Shown: one piece after another, positions 39,339-51,529 of the stretch
Position numbering within the stretch: position 1 is the first letter of the stretch
Layout of the letters: each line of letters opens with the position of its first letter
NCBI GenBank assembly: GCA_002728855.1
Contig: PBWA01000038.1
Span: forward strand, 2,838-66,837
Source of the DNA: Flavobacteriaceae bacterium
GTDB taxonomy: Bacteria > Bacteroidota > Bacteroidia > Flavobacteriales > Flavobacteriaceae
Direction: 5' to 3'
Length of the DNA stretch: 64,000 bases
Notes under the pieces: model-generated
Seen by the model: only the letters and a program-made list of their open reading frames with translations
Told to the model about the DNA's origin: nothing
The model's database searches: none
Made by a program: the position numbers and the translations under genes

Positions 39339-40075
39339 TGAGCAGTAAACTCTCATTTATTCCATATGGATCAAAAGGGCTGATTGTAAAATTTGATAAA
39401 CCATCTGTTTCTCAAATTGAGATTCTTTCTCGTTCAATTTTTAGAGATCAAATAGCAATCAAATTAAAAAAAAATGTTCAAGATTTATTACTAACTAGTG
39501 ATTCTCTGACAATTTTTTTTAATGAGCCTCCCAGCTTAGATTCAATTAAGGAAAAACTTTTAAAAACCTATGATATGTCTGTATCTAAAAGAATTGATCT
39601 CCAATATAAACATTGGGAAATACCTATCTGCTTTGAGAATGACTTCTCATTAGATTTATTTAAGCATTTTAATAATGATGATTTAAAAACTCAAGACTAC
39701 ATAAGAAAAATCTGTGAGCTAGAGATGATAGTTCAGTTCTATGGATTTTTACCTGGATTTTGTTACTTAGTAGGCCTTCCAAAATCCATGCAGCTTGAGA
39801 GAAAGTCTGAACCTAATCTAAAAGTCCCTAAAGGATCTTTAGCAATAGGGGGTAGTTATGCTGGTATATATCCTCAAAACAGTCCTGGGGGATGGCATTT
39901 AATTGGAAGGACGCCAACTATTTTCTTTGATCCTAAGAGAAATCCCAATTGTTTCGCATCTGTAGGGGATAAATTATCCTTCAAGAAAATTTCTATCGAT
40001 GAGTATAACGAGAAATTAATGCATAATTCAAAAACTAATTTACCAAAGTTTACTATTTATAATGTCAAAGATTAA
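39338..40075 (+). CDS. pxpB: 5-oxoprolinase subunit B
   Basis: GFLPGFCYL, VPKGSLAIGG, GIYPQNSPGGWHLIGRT. Confidence 0.92.
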   Translation: MSSKLSFIPYGSKGLIVKFDKPSVSQIEILSRSIFRDQIAIKLKKNVQDLLLTSDSLTIFFNEPPSLDSIKEKLLKTYDMSVSKRIDLQYKHWEIPICFENDFSLDLFKHFNNDDLKTQDYIRKICELEMIVQFYGFLPGFCYLVGLPKSMQLERKSEPNLKVPKGSLAIGGSYAGIYPQNSPGGWHLIGRTPTIFFDPKRNPNCFASVGDKLSFKKISIDEYNEKLMHNSKTNLPKFTIYNVKD

Positions 40076-40907
40076 AATTATAGAACCAGGATTTTTTTCA
40101 ACTATTCAAGATCAGGGAAGAATAGGTCATAGGCATAAAGGAATACCTCTGTCTGGTCCAATGGATACTTTCGGTTTTAAATTTGCTCATCAGCTAGTGA
40201 ATAATGATTACAGCATGAGTTTGATTGAATCAACACTGCAAGGACCTAAACTCCTTGTTGAAGGAAAAATAAAATTAGTTTATAGCGGTGCTCTAATGGA
40301 TGTTTATCTAAACAAAAAAAAGATGATGATTAACAAGCCCTTTGAATGTAATTCAGGCGACATAGTTAGTTTTGGTCACTGTCTTTCAGGTGTTCGAACA
40401 TATATTTCTTTTAGTGGGGGGTTAAAAACTTCATCAGTTTTGGGAAGTAGTTCATATTGCTATCCTATTACTAAAAAAAAGGTTTTAGAGAAGGGCGATG
40501 AGTTTTTTCTAGCTAGAAAGTCCTTAACGGTAAAATATGATTTAAATAAAATAAATGATGGATACTACTTGAAAAATAATTTAAATGTGTCAAAAGGTCC
40601 AGATTGGAATATTATTTCATCAGATATTAAAGAAAGCTTATTCAAAAATTCGTTTTCTGTGGGTATTAATGATCGAATGGGATATCATTTAGAAGGAAAT
40701 GATAATTTAAAAAACAGAATACATCTTGAAAGTTCTGCAATATTTCCAGGCACCATTCAACTTACACCAAAGGGAGTTTTATTGGTTTCAATGGCAGATG
40801 GTCAAGTTACAGGAGGGTATCCAAGAGTACTAATTTTAGACGAACTTTCTATGTCAATTTTAGCGCAAAAAAGAAGAGGAGAATTAATTTATTTTAAAAT
40901 GAATTAG
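40062..40907 (+). CDS. pxpC: 5-oxoprolinase subunit C
   Basis: TIQDQGR.G, SGPMD, DRMGY, PGTIQL, DGQVTGGYP. Confidence 0.92.
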   Translation: MSKIKIIEPGFFSTIQDQGRIGHRHKGIPLSGPMDTFGFKFAHQLVNNDYSMSLIESTLQGPKLLVEGKIKLVYSGALMDVYLNKKKMMINKPFECNSGDIVSFGHCLSGVRTYISFSGGLKTSSVLGSSSYCYPITKKKVLEKGDEFFLARKSLTVKYDLNKINDGYYLKNNLNVSKGPDWNIISSDIKESLFKNSFSVGINDRMGYHLEGNDNLKNRIHLESSAIFPGTIQLTPKGVLLVSMADGQVTGGYPRVLILDELSMSILAQKRRGELIYFKMN

Positions 40908-40908
40908 A

Positions 40909-41640
40909 TTATTTCCTAAAATATATCTGATCAAACGGAACTCTAAATCTAGGCCCATAGATTCCTTTTTCAGATCTTTTACCACAACTTATGATCATGT
41001 TTATTTCTGAGCTATTTGGGAGCCCTAAAATCCTTTTAGCTCTTAGAGAATCAAATCCTTCCATTGGACAAGTGTCATATCCGTATGCAGCCATACTAAT
41101 CATAAAGTTTTCTGCAGCTAAAGCACAACTCTTATGAGCCACAACTCTCAAATCAGAAGTGAGAACTTGTCTATATATTGGACGAAAAATTCCAGTGAAA
41201 AAGGCAAATACATATCTCACAAATCCGAGGATTCCTATAAAATCAGAATATATAGCTGGTATTAGTTTTTTATAATAATTGATCGCCATTTTATTTCGTC
41301 TATTAGAATTGTCGTTATTACTATGAAATGTTTTTTTAATAAAATCTGCATTTGCATTTGCTCTTTTCTTCCAAAGATCTTTTCTTACTACAAATACTAC
41401 AAGCTGTTTACAAGTCCTTGCTGCTGGTTGATTGAAACAAGATCTTGATAGTTTGCCAATAATATTCTTATCAATTATATGATAAAATTGCCAAAGTTGA
41501 AGATTACTACTATTTGGAGCTAAGGCAGCTTGCTTGAGAGATTTTTTAACAATTTCTTCATCAATTTCAAAATTAGGATCGTAATGTCTAATAGACCTTC
41601 TAAATTCTATGGCTTTACTTACTATTTTCTCAGACTTCAT
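40909..41640 (-). CDS. Nitroreductase family protein
   Basis: RRSIR, APNSSNLQLW, YDTCPMEGFD. Confidence 0.9.
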   Translation of the reverse strand: MKSEKIVSKAIEFRRSIRHYDPNFEIDEEIVKKSLKQAALAPNSSNLQLWQFYHIIDKNIIGKLSRSCFNQPAARTCKQLVVFVVRKDLWKKRANANADFIKKTFHSNNDNSNRRNKMAINYYKKLIPAIYSDFIGILGFVRYVFAFFTGIFRPIYRQVLTSDLRVVAHKSCALAAENFMISMAAYGYDTCPMEGFDSLRAKRILGLPNSSEINMIISCGKRSEKGIYGPRFRVPFDQIYFRK

Positions 41641-43043
41641 AGTCGATTAATTAAAAATTTCAAGAATGAAAGTGATTTTGGATATGGAGCATATCTTTGA
41701 GGTAGGTCAAATAAAAATGAACGTTTTACAATTGGTTTATAATGAGAAAAAATTTTAAAACTATATTTCCCATGATATTCTCCCATTCCACTATTTCCAA
41801 CTCCTCCAAAAGGAAGATTGTCATTTGCGAAGTGAACTATTGCATCGTTTGCTACTCCTCCTCCAAATGAATATTTTGAAAAAATATTATTTACAAATCT
41901 TTTTTTATTTGAAAAAATATAAAAAGCTAATGGCTTTTCTTTTCCCTTAAGAATTTGATGCATCTCATCTTCAGATCCAAATGAAACAATTGGAAGTATA
42001 GGTCCAAAAATTTCTTGTTGCATCAGATCACTTTCATTTGTTGGTTCATCGACAATGGTAGGACTAAAATATAGTTGTTTTACATCTGTGACTCCTCCAT
42101 AAAGAATTTTTTGACCATTTAGCGACGAACTTAATTTATCAAAATGTTTTTTATGAATAATTCTTCCATAATCTGATGAATTGATTGGATTATCTCCAAA
42201 GGCAGATTTTATCTCATTAATCAAATTGTTAACTAAGATAGATTTAATACTTTTTTGGACAACTAGATAATCAGGAGCAATACAAGTTTGACCACAGTTT
42301 ATGTATTTACTCCAAATAATTCTTTTAGCAGTTTTTTTAATTGGTACACTTTCGTCAATAATGCATGGGCTTTTTCCTCCTAATTCTAATGTGGTAGGGG
42401 TTAAGTTTTCTGCAGCTGCTTTGGCAACAATTTTCCCAACTTGAGTACTTCCAGTGTAAAAGATATAGTCCCATCTTTTTTTTAAGAGTATTGAGGCAAC
42501 GGATGCATCCCCTTGAATAACACTAACATGTGATGACTCAAAAACAGAATTAATAATTTCAGACACAATTAAACTTGTTTTTATTGAAGATTCAGAAGGT
42601 TTTAATACAACTGTATTCCCTGCTGCAACAGCCCCAACTAATGGAGTCATTGCTAATTGAAAAGGATAATTCCATGGGGTTATTATTAACACATTGCCAT
42701 ATGGCTCTGGAACAATAAAATCACGAGAGGGAAAATTTAAAAGACTACTTCTAACTCTTTTTGCTCTACTCCAGGTTGGGAGCATTTTGATCATTTTTTT
42801 TATTTCTTTTTCAACCAAGATAGTTTCAGTTGTTAACGACTCAAATCCTGATTTACGAAGATCTTTGAATAAAGCATCATGAATTTTGCTTTCATTTTCT
42901 CTTATAGCAAACAAAAGTTGTTTTAATTTTTTTACTCTATAATCAATCGAAAGTGTTTTTTGCTCAGAAAAAAATTTTTTCTGATTATTATATATATTTT
43001 CTATGTCCGTACTTAAAGCGTTCTTTATCATCTGGTTCAACAA
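41637..43043 (-). CDS. Aldehyde dehydrogenase (ALDH3/fatty aldehyde type)
   Basis: PWNYP, LKPSE, LELGGKSP, GQTCIAPDY, EIFGP, PFGGVGNSG. Confidence 0.93.
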   Translation of the reverse strand: MLNQMIKNALSTDIENIYNNQKKFFSEQKTLSIDYRVKKLKQLLFAIRENESKIHDALFKDLRKSGFESLTTETILVEKEIKKMIKMLPTWSRAKRVRSSLLNFPSRDFIVPEPYGNVLIITPWNYPFQLAMTPLVGAVAAGNTVVLKPSESSIKTSLIVSEIINSVFESSHVSVIQGDASVASILLKKRWDYIFYTGSTQVGKIVAKAAAENLTPTTLELGGKSPCIIDESVPIKKTAKRIIWSKYINCGQTCIAPDYLVVQKSIKSILVNNLINEIKSAFGDNPINSSDYGRIIHKKHFDKLSSSLNGQKILYGGVTDVKQLYFSPTIVDEPTNESDLMQQEIFGPILPIVSFGSEDEMHQILKGKEKPLAFYIFSNKKRFVNNIFSKYSFGGGVANDAIVHFANDNLPFGGVGNSGMGEYHGKYSFKIFSHYKPIVKRSFLFDLPQRYAPYPKSLSFLKFLINRL

Positions 43044-43285
43044 AATTTAAATGATCTTTCAAAAATAATCTACATTTACAATATTAGTGGAAGTATTTAA
43101 TAAAATAAAATTATAATCATTTTTATCAATTAATTTTTCTTATTGAATGTCTTTTCCGTAAAAGTTTAATCAATTAATAACCAGCATTTTATGTACTTTA
43201 ATTTTAATTTGAATATAATACTTCTATTTTTGTAAAAACAAATTATTTGATTCTACCTTTTTAATTTCATCTCAATTTAATTTTA

Positions 43286-44971
43286 ATGTCTTATAACAAA
43301 TACAGTAGAGCTGTAACTCAAGACCCAACTCAACCTGCTGCTCAGGCAATGCTTCATGCAATAGGTTTAAATGAAGAGGATTTCAAAAAACCATTTATAG
43401 GTATAGCAAGCACAGGTTATGAAGGTAATCCATGTAACATGCATTTAAATCAACTTTCATTAAAGATTAAGAAATCAATCAATGGTAAAGGTTTAGTTGG
43501 CTTAATTTTTAATACAATAGGAATAAGTGATGGGATTTCAATGGGAACACCAGGAATGAGATTTTCATTACCCTCACGAGATATTATTGCAGATTCTATT
43601 GAATCGGTAGTACAGGGAATGTCATATGATGGTATTGTAACAGTTGTCGGATGTGACAAAAACTTACCTGGAGCATTAATGGCAATGCTCCGATTAAATA
43701 GACCTGGTGTACTAGTTTATGGTGGAACTATTGATTCAGGAAATCATAATGGAAAAGAATTAGATGTAGTTTCTGCTTTTGAAGCATGGGGAGAAAAGGT
43801 TTCTGGGAAAATTGATGAAAATGAATATAAATGCGTTATAAAAAAAGCATGCCCAGGGGCTGGTGCTTGTGGAGGAATGTATACTGCTAATACAATGGCC
43901 TCAGCAATTGAGGCTCTTGGAATGTCAGTTCCTTTTAGTTCATCCAATCCAGCAAAAAGTATAGATAAGATTAATGAGTGTGATTTAATTGGAGAAACTC
44001 TAGAAACTCTTATTAGAAAAAATATTTTACCCTCTCAAATTGTAACAAAAAAATCGTTAGAAAACGCTCTGCGTTTAATATCTGTTCTTGGCGGATCAAC
44101 CAATGCAGTTTTACATTTTTTAGCAATAGCAAAAGCAGCAAAAATTGATTTAGAATTAAATGATTTTCAATCTATAAGCGATAAAACTCCATTTTTAGCT
44201 GACCTGAAACCAAGTGGTAGATACTTGATGAAAGATTTACATAAAATAGGAGGAATTCCAGCTGTACTTAAGTTTATGCTTGAAAATGATATGCTGCATG
44301 GAGAGTGTTTAACTGTTACAGGAAAAACATTAGCTGAAAATTTGTCTGAAACTCAATCATTATCTAAAGGCCAAAATTTGATAAGACCACTAGACCATCC
44401 AATTAAGTCATCTGGACATATCAGAATTCTCTATGGAAATTTAGCCCCAAAAGGGGCAGTTGCAAAAATAACAGGTAAAGAAGGTCTTTATTTCAAAGGG
44501 CCTGCAAAAGTTTTTGATGGAGAATATGAGGCTAATGATGGAATAAAAAATGGAAACGTAAAAAAGGGAGATGTTGTTGTAATAAGATATGAGGGACCAA
44601 AAGGAGGCCCGGGAATGCCTGAGATGTTAAAACCTACTTCTGCTTTAATGGGAGCTGGACTTGGAAAAGATGTCGCTTTAATTACCGACGGTCGATTTTC
44701 TGGAGGTACTCATGGTTTTGTTGTTGGGCACGTTGTTCCTGAGGCTCAAGAGGGTGGTCCATTAGCTTTAGTAAAGGATGGAGATATTATATCTATTGAC
44801 GCAGATAAGAATTTAATTAATGTTGATATATCAACTGATGAGTTTAAATCCAGAAGAAAAAAATGGGTAAAACCACCACATAAATTTTCAATGGGAATAA
44901 TGGCCAAGTATGTGAATAATGTTTCTAATGCTTCTGAAGGCTGTATCACTGATAAAATTGATGATGAATAA
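43286..44971 (+). CDS. ilvD: Dihydroxy-acid dehydratase
   Basis: [32 protein letters not shown]. Confidence 0.97.
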   Translation: MSYNKYSRAVTQDPTQPAAQAMLHAIGLNEEDFKKPFIGIASTGYEGNPCNMHLNQLSLKIKKSINGKGLVGLIFNTIGISDGISMGTPGMRFSLPSRDIIADSIESVVQGMSYDGIVTVVGCDKNLPGALMAMLRLNRPGVLVYGGTIDSGNHNGKELDVVSAFEAWGEKVSGKIDENEYKCVIKKACPGAGACGGMYTANTMASAIEALGMSVPFSSSNPAKSIDKINECDLIGETLETLIRKNILPSQIVTKKSLENALRLISVLGGSTNAVLHFLAIAKAAKIDLELNDFQSISDKTPFLADLKPSGRYLMKDLHKIGGIPAVLKFMLENDMLHGECLTVTGKTLAENLSETQSLSKGQNLIRPLDHPIKSSGHIRILYGNLAPKGAVAKITGKEGLYFKGPAKVFDGEYEANDGIKNGNVKKGDVVVIRYEGPKGGPGMPEMLKPTSALMGAGLGKDVALITDGRFSGGTHGFVVGHVVPEAQEGGPLALVKDGDIISIDADKNLINVDISTDEFKSRRKKWVKPPHKFSMGIMAKYVNNVSNASEGCITDKIDDE

Positions 44972-46697
44972 ATTGAAAAATAATAATAGAAAATTATCGA
45001 AATCAAAAGAAACTTTGATCTCAGGAGCAGAGGCAGTTATTCTTTCTTTGTTATCAGAGGATGTTGACTTATTATATGGTTATCCTGGAGGAGCAATTAT
45101 GCCAGTATATGATGAGTTATTTAAGTACAGGGAAAAACTTAATCATATTTTAGTTCGACATGAACAAGGAGCAACCCATGCTGCACAGGGATATGCTCGT
45201 TCATCAGGAAGAGTAGGAGTAGTGATTGCCACCTCAGGCCCTGGAGCTACTAATTTAGTTACTGGCATTACTGATGCCCAGATTGATTCTACTCCCTTAG
45301 TTTGCATTACTGGTCAAGTAGCCTCTCATCTACTTGGATCTGATGCATTTCAAGAAACTGACATTATAGGTATTTCTACTCCAGTAACTAAATGGAACTA
45401 TCAGATCACCAAAGCATCTGAAATACCATCGATTATAGCAAAAGCTTTTTATATAGCAAAATCTGGTCGTCCTGGACCTGTATTAATTGATATTACTAAG
45501 GATGCTCAATTTGAAAAGTTTAAATTTTCATATAAAAAATGTGATGGAATAAGAAGCTATGAGCCAAGACCTAAAGTTAATGATGAAATCATAAAAAAGG
45601 CCTCTGAAATTATAGATAAAGCAAAAAAGCCACTCATAGTTTTTGGACAAGGAGTCATTCTTGGAAAAGCAGAAAAAGAGTTCAAAAATTTTGTTGAAAA
45701 GTCTGGTATCCCTGCTGTATGGACAATTTTAGGACTGTCAGCCCTTCCAACATCTCATCCCTTAAATTTAGGAATGGTTGGAATGCACGGAAATTATGCT
45801 CCTAATGTATTGACTAACCAATGTGATGTTTTATTAGCTATTGGAATGCGTTTTGATGATCGAGTGACTGGAGATTTGAAAACCTATGCAAAACAAGCTA
45901 AAATATTACATTTTGAAATTGACCCATCAGAAATTAATAAAAATGTTAAGGTTGACATTGGAATTTTAGGAGATTGTAAAGAAAGTTTGTCCAAATTGAC
46001 ATCACTTATCAATAAAAAAGAGTATTCTAAATGGATTAAAGAGTTTAAAAGACTTGATAATATTGAGTTTGATAAAGTTATTAAACAAGATTTAAATCCA
46101 ACTAAAAAAGGATTGACTATGGGCGAGACTATTTCCAATGTTAACAAATATACCAAGGGCGATGCAATTATTGTTACTGATGTTGGACAACACCAAATGG
46201 CTGCGTGTAGGTATTCTCAATTTATAAAATCAAAAAGTAACATTACTTCAGGAGGTCTGGGAACTATGGGATTCGCATTGCCAGCAGCTATTGGAGCAAA
46301 AATGGGCGCTCCCAAAAGAGAAGTGATTGCAATTATAGGAGATGGAGGATATCAAATGACTATACAGGAATTGGGAACTATTTTTCAAAATAAATTACCT
46401 GTGAAGATATTAGTTCTTAACAATGATTTTTTAGGAATGGTAAGACAATGGCAACAATTGTTTTTTAACAAAAGATATGCAGAAACTGAGATGGTAAATC
46501 CTGACTTTGTAACTATCGCAAGAGGTTATCATATTAAAGCAAATAGGGTAGAAGAAAGAAAGGATTTAGATGGAGCTATTAAAGAGATGGTTTTATCAAA
46601 AGAGCCATATTTTTTAGAAGTATGTGTTGAAAAAGAAGATAATGTTTTCCCAATGATTCCTTCAGGGGAATCTGTATCCAATATTAGACTTGAATAA
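44961..46697 (+). CDS. ilvB: Acetolactate synthase large subunit
   Basis: [37 protein letters not shown]. Start set at ATG 44961. Confidence 0.96.
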   Translation: MMNKLKNNNRKLSKSKETLISGAEAVILSLLSEDVDLLYGYPGGAIMPVYDELFKYREKLNHILVRHEQGATHAAQGYARSSGRVGVVIATSGPGATNLVTGITDAQIDSTPLVCITGQVASHLLGSDAFQETDIIGISTPVTKWNYQITKASEIPSIIAKAFYIAKSGRPGPVLIDITKDAQFEKFKFSYKKCDGIRSYEPRPKVNDEIIKKASEIIDKAKKPLIVFGQGVILGKAEKEFKNFVEKSGIPAVWTILGLSALPTSHPLNLGMVGMHGNYAPNVLTNQCDVLLAIGMRFDDRVTGDLKTYAKQAKILHFEIDPSEINKNVKVDIGILGDCKESLSKLTSLINKKEYSKWIKEFKRLDNIEFDKVIKQDLNPTKKGLTMGETISNVNKYTKGDAIIVTDVGQHQMAACRYSQFIKSKSNITSGGLGTMGFALPAAIGAKMGAPKREVIAIIGDGGYQMTIQELGTIFQNKLPVKILVLNNDFLGMVRQWQQLFFNKRYAETEMVNPDFVTIARGYHIKANRVEERKDLDGAIKEMVLSKEPYFLEVCVEKEDNVFPMIPSGESVSNIRLE

Positions 46698-46702
46698 TTC
46701 AC

Positions 46703-47257
46703 ATGAAAGACGGAATTCTATATACAATATCAATATACAGTGAAAATAATGTTGGATTGCTTAACCGTATTTCTGCAATTTTTTTAAAGAGGCATATAAA
46801 TATAGAAAGTTTTTCTACTTCATTATCAGAGATTAAAAATGTGTTTAGATATGTAATTGTTGTAAACACTACAGAAGAAAAAGTAAAAAAGATTGTTTCT
46901 CAAATTGAAAAGCAAGTTGATGTGATAAAGGCTTTTTATCATACTGATAAAGAAACTATTTTTCAAGAATCAGCACTTTATAAAGTTAAATCTAGTTCTT
47001 TGTTTGAGCAAAGACACATCCAAAATGTAATTAAAAATAGTAATGCTAATATAGTAACAGTATCACCAGAATATTTTGTTATTGAAAAAACAGGATTTCG
47101 TCACGAAACAGAGCAACTCTATAAAGACCTTGAACCCTATGGTTTATTACAGTTTGTTCGATCAGGAAGAATATCAGTGACAAAATCTAAAATGGGTATT
47201 TCTGATATTTTAAATACCTTTAAAGGCAACAATTATAAAAAGAAAAAAAATGAGTAA
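46703..47257 (+). CDS. ilvN: Acetolactate synthase small subunit
   Basis: ACT domain EN.VGLLNRI...R.INIES, FVRSGR. Confidence 0.93.
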   Translation: MKDGILYTISIYSENNVGLLNRISAIFLKRHINIESFSTSLSEIKNVFRYVIVVNTTEEKVKKIVSQIEKQVDVIKAFYHTDKETIFQESALYKVKSSSLFEQRHIQNVIKNSNANIVTVSPEYFVIEKTGFRHETEQLYKDLEPYGLLQFVRSGRISVTKSKMGISDILNTFKGNNYKKKKNE

Positions 47258-48725
47258 TTATTTTAATAAGCTATCACTCACGGCTAAACTCAAGCAATTA
47301 GGAAAATGTAGATTAATGAGCTCCTCTGAATTTGATGATGGTATTAGTGTTCTTAAAGGGAAAAAAATTGTCATTGTAGGATGTGGCGCTCAGGGTTTAA
47401 ATCAAGGATTAAATATGAGAGACTCAGGATTAGATATTTCTTTTGCCCTTAGAGAGAGTGCAATTAAAGAAAAGCGTGATTCTTTCAAAAATGCAACTGA
47501 GAATAATTTTAATGCTGATACATTTGATAAATTAATTCCCTCTGCAGATCTTGTTGTTAACTTAACACCTGATAAGAATCATACCACAGTTATTGAAAAT
47601 GTTATGCCACTGATGAAAAAAGGCTCTACATTATCATATTCACACGGTTTTAATATCGTAGAGGAAGGTATTGAAATCAGAGATGATATTACTGTTATCA
47701 TGGTAGCTCCAAAATGTCCTGGAACTGAAGTTAGACAAGAATACTTGAGAGACTTTGGGGTTCCAACTCTTATAGCTGTTCATCCTGAAAATGACCCTAA
47801 TGAGAATGGTCTGGATCAGGCTAAAGCATATGCTTTTGCCACTGGAGGTCATAGAGCAGGTGTTTTAGAATCCTCATTTGTTGCAGAGGTCAAATCAGAT
47901 TTAATGGGAGAACAAACAATTCTTTGCGGAATATTACAAACAGGTTCAATTCTATGTTTTAATAAAATGATTGATGAAGGCATTGATAAAGGTTATGCCT
48001 CAAAACTTATTCAATATGGATGGGAAACTATAACCGAAGCATTAAAGCACGGAGGTATAACAAATATGATGGATAGACTATCTAATACGGCGAAGGTAAA
48101 AGCTTTTGAGCTTTCAGAGGAACTAAAGATTATTTTAACACCACTTTTTCAAAAGCATATGGATGATATTATGTCTGGTAATTTTTCTATGACCATGATG
48201 GAAGATTGGAAAAATAATGATCAAAAATTGTTAGAGTGGAGGGCTCAAACCTCGGAGACTTCTTTTGAAAAAACTGAAGTCACTTCTGATGAAATTAAAG
48301 AACAAGAATTTTTTGATAATGGTATTTTAATGATTTCACTGGTAAGAGCTGGTGTTGAACTTGCATTTGAAACAATGATTGCATCAGGCATAAAGGAAGA
48401 ATCAGCTTATTATGAGTCACTTCATGAAGCACCACTGATAGCAAATTTAATTGCTAGGAAAAAACTTTATGAAATGAACAGAATTATTTCTGATACAGCT
48501 GAATATGGTTGTTATCTATTTGATCATGCAGCCAAGCCAATTTTATTTGACTTTATGAAAAAAATTGATAAGAGTGTAATTGGAGATGGCTCTAAATTCT
48601 TGAACGAAACAAGTGTTGATAACAAAAAGTTAATTGATATAAATGAGATAATTCGTTACCATCCGATTGAGATTATTGGATACGAATTGAGAGAATCGAT
48701 GACTGCAATGAAAAAGATTTTATAA
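47250..48725 (+). CDS. ilvC: Ketol-acid reductoisomerase (long, class II)
   Basis: [42 protein letters not shown]; 491 aa. Confidence 0.97.
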   Translation: MSNYFNKLSLTAKLKQLGKCRLMSSSEFDDGISVLKGKKIVIVGCGAQGLNQGLNMRDSGLDISFALRESAIKEKRDSFKNATENNFNADTFDKLIPSADLVVNLTPDKNHTTVIENVMPLMKKGSTLSYSHGFNIVEEGIEIRDDITVIMVAPKCPGTEVRQEYLRDFGVPTLIAVHPENDPNENGLDQAKAYAFATGGHRAGVLESSFVAEVKSDLMGEQTILCGILQTGSILCFNKMIDEGIDKGYASKLIQYGWETITEALKHGGITNMMDRLSNTAKVKAFELSEELKIILTPLFQKHMDDIMSGNFSMTMMEDWKNNDQKLLEWRAQTSETSFEKTEVTSDEIKEQEFFDNGILMISLVRAGVELAFETMIASGIKEESAYYESLHEAPLIANLIARKKLYEMNRIISDTAEYGCYLFDHAAKPILFDFMKKIDKSVIGDGSKFLNETSVDNKKLIDINEIIRYHPIEIIGYELRESMTAMKKIL

Positions 48726-48740
48726 AAATATCAGTTTTTG

Positions 48741-48863
48741 ATGTGGAAATCACTTAAAAAAGCCGGAATTGTAACTTCTGTTTTTGCTATAATTTTCTTC
48801 ATTTTTAAAATTATTTTTAAAAACTCATATATGTTTAGTTTTATATATAGGTGGCTTAATTAA
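48741..48863 (+). CDS. Putative 40-aa single-TM small protein (not in ORF track)
   Basis: MWKSLKKAGIVTSVFAIIFFIFKIIFKNSYMFSFIYRWLN*; starts 15 nt after the ilvC stop. Confidence 0.45.
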   Translation: MWKSLKKAGIVTSVFAIIFFIFKIIFKNSYMFSFIYRWLN

Positions 48864-48916
48864 CTAAACAATAATTTTTGTCAATTTAAAATTTTTTGAT
48901 TTTCATTGAGGTTAAA

Positions 48917-49993
48917 TTAAATCTTATTAGATATAATTTCATTCACTAGGAAATCCCCAACCTCTGAAGTAGTATATTTTCTTTCTTTTTCAAGAGAAAG
49001 ATCTTCTGTAACAATTTTATTATTTAAAGACCTTTCTACTATTTTTTTTATTATATCAGATTCATTTTTTAAGCCAAAACTCATTTCAAACATCATCGCA
49101 GCTGAGAGAATTGTTGCTAAAGGATTAGCAATGTTTTTCCCTGCTGCCTGAGGGAATGATCCGTGAATGGGCTCATAGAGACTATTTTCATTTCCTATAG
49201 AAGCAGATGGCATAAGACCCATCGAGCCTGTTATTACAGAAGCTTCATCTGTTAAAATATCACCAAATAGATTTTCTGTAACTAGTACATCATAGTTTTT
49301 TGGCCATTGAACTAGCCTCATCGCAACAGCATCAACAAACTCGTATGAGACTGAAATGTCTGGGTAATCTTTTTCCATAGACTGAACCGTTTCTCTCCAT
49401 AACCTTGAGCTCTCTAATACATTGGCCTTATCAACACAGCATAACTTCTTGGATCTTTTTTTAGCTAATTCAAAACCCATTTTTACTAGTCTAACTACTT
49501 CTTCTCTTGAATAGATGCATGTATCATAAGCAATTTCACCATTATCTAAGCGGCCTCTTTTCCCAAAATAAATCCCTCCCGTTAATTCTCTTAGAAAAAC
49601 AAGATCTGTTCCATCAATTATCTCTTTTTTTAATGGAGACTTATTAATTAAGGAAGGAAAAGTGAATGTAGGCCTTACGTTTGCATATAAACCTAATTTT
49701 TTTCTCATTGCTAATAGACCTTGCTCAGGTCTCACTTTAAGTGAAGGATCGTTATCAAACATAGGATCTCCGATTGCTCCAAAAAGAATAGCATCTGAGC
49801 TTAAACAAATTGAGTGAGTTTCTTCAGGATAAGGATCTCCAATTTTTTTAATAGCAGCAGCTCCTACTAAACCATAGTTCCAGTTAATAGTGTGATTAAA
49901 TATTTTTGCAACAGCATCACATACTCTTACACTTTGTTGAACTACTTCTGGGCCAATTCCATCACCTGGTAATACTGCAATATTAAATTTCAT
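48917..49993 (-). CDS. leuB: 3-isopropylmalate dehydrogenase
   Basis: GDGIGPEV, RELTGGIYFG, DKANVL, NLFGDILTDEAS, YEPIHGS. Confidence 0.97.
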   Translation of the reverse strand: MKFNIAVLPGDGIGPEVVQQSVRVCDAVAKIFNHTINWNYGLVGAAAIKKIGDPYPEETHSICLSSDAILFGAIGDPMFDNDPSLKVRPEQGLLAMRKKLGLYANVRPTFTFPSLINKSPLKKEIIDGTDLVFLRELTGGIYFGKRGRLDNGEIAYDTCIYSREEVVRLVKMGFELAKKRSKKLCCVDKANVLESSRLWRETVQSMEKDYPDISVSYEFVDAVAMRLVQWPKNYDVLVTENLFGDILTDEASVITGSMGLMPSASIGNENSLYEPIHGSFPQAAGKNIANPLATILSAAMMFEMSFGLKNESDIIKKIVERSLNNKIVTEDLSLEKERKYTTSEVGDFLVNEIISNKI

Positions 49994-49998
49994 ATTTT

Positions 49999-51516
49999 TT
50001 ATATAATGTTAAGCATTTTTTCTGTAGCCTGAATAGCAGAAACAGTCTGATCTGAATCTAATCCTCTGGTCAAAAACTCTCTATTCCCATCATTCCATGT
50101 AATTGTAGTTTCACATAAAGCATCTGAATCACTTCCTGGAGGTATTCTAGTAGCATAGTCAATTAGTTTAGGTAATTTTCTTTTCTCTCTTTTATATATC
50201 TTTTTTAAAGCCTTCCAAAACGCATCATATTGCCCTTCTCCTGAGGAGCTAGCCTCAAAAACTTTTCCTGAAATTTCTATGGCAATACTAGTGGAAGCCT
50301 TCAGTCCTTTTGCGTGAGTCAAAGCATATGATTTTATATTAACTTTTTTTTGGGCATTAGAACTTCCCAACACATCCGATATGATGAAAGGCAAATCCGA
50401 GTTTGTTACATATTCCTTTTTATCCCCCAACTCAATAATTCTTTGTGTTACTTTTTTTAATTCAATTTCATTCAATTTTAAACCAAGCTCTTGAAGATTC
50501 TTTTCGATATTTGCCTTACCCGAGGTCTTACCTAATGCATATTTGCGTTTTCTACCGAATCTTTCAGGTAATAAATCATTAAAATAAAGGTTATTTTTTT
50601 GATCGCCATCAGCATGAATCCCTGCGGTTTGGGTAAATACATTTTCCCCTACAACAGGTTTGTTTACAGGTATTCGAAATCCCGTAATGGCTGCCACAAG
50701 CTGACTAACTTTGTATAATTTTTTTTCTGTTATATTAATTTTAATTTCAGGCATAAAATCATTTACAACAGCAACAACACTAGCTAGCGGAACATTTCCA
50801 GCTCTTTCTCCCATTCCATTTACAGTAAGATGAAGCCCATTGACACCAGCTTTACATGCAGCTAATGCATTTGAAACTGAAAGGTCGTAATCATTATGAC
50901 CATGAAAATCAATATGTTTTTTTGGATATCTTTCAACTAACTCAATAAGGTAATCATATGTCTCATTTGGCTCTAAAATTCCAAGTGTATCAGGAAGTAA
51001 AATTCTTTTGATTGGTTGGTCATATAGAAAATCTATGTAATCTAAAATATATTGGCGTGAATTTCTCATGCCATTACTCCAATCTTCCAAATAAACGTTT
51101 GTAATGATCTTATTTTTTGAAGCTAACCTAATTTCATTTTCAACTAACTTAAAATGTTCTTTAGGAGTTTGCTTCAATTGGTATTTTAGATGGTTCAAAG
51201 AGCCCTTAGTTAAAAGATTTTGCACTGTGGCACCTGTTTTTAAAAGCCACTTTAATGAAATCCCATTATCGACAAATGTTAAAATTTCAATTCGATCAAT
51301 TAGATCATTCTCTTTAGCCCAATTAGTAATATCTAATACAGCTTGATATTCTCCTTTTGAAACTCTGGCTGATGCAACCTCAATTCTATCAACATTCAAT
51401 TCAGTTAAAAGTAATTTTGCAAGTGTTAATTTTTCTGATGCTGAGAATGACATTCCGGATGTTTGTTCACCATCTCTCAGGGTAGTATCCATTATTTCAA
51501 GGGTTCTCTGCTTCAT
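49999..51516 (-). CDS. cimA: (R)-citramalate synthase (Leptospira/Bacteroidota type)
   Basis: [40 protein letters not shown]; retains the C-terminal regulatory domain. Confidence 0.85.
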   Translation of the reverse strand: MKQRTLEIMDTTLRDGEQTSGMSFSASEKLTLAKLLLTELNVDRIEVASARVSKGEYQAVLDITNWAKENDLIDRIEILTFVDNGISLKWLLKTGATVQNLLTKGSLNHLKYQLKQTPKEHFKLVENEIRLASKNKIITNVYLEDWSNGMRNSRQYILDYIDFLYDQPIKRILLPDTLGILEPNETYDYLIELVERYPKKHIDFHGHNDYDLSVSNALAACKAGVNGLHLTVNGMGERAGNVPLASVVAVVNDFMPEIKINITEKKLYKVSQLVAAITGFRIPVNKPVVGENVFTQTAGIHADGDQKNNLYFNDLLPERFGRKRKYALGKTSGKANIEKNLQELGLKLNEIELKKVTQRIIELGDKKEYVTNSDLPFIISDVLGSSNAQKKVNIKSYALTHAKGLKASTSIAIEISGKVFEASSSGEGQYDAFWKALKKIYKREKRKLPKLIDYATRIPPGSDSDALCETTITWNDGNREFLTRGLDSDQTVSAIQATEKMLNII

Positions 51517-51529
51517 TATACAATTAGAA

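Noticed and set aside
43044..43285. Searched for an ilv leader peptide or T-box upstream of ilvD
   Set aside because: No convincing Ile/Leu/Val-rich uORF with a terminator and no T-box motif seen.
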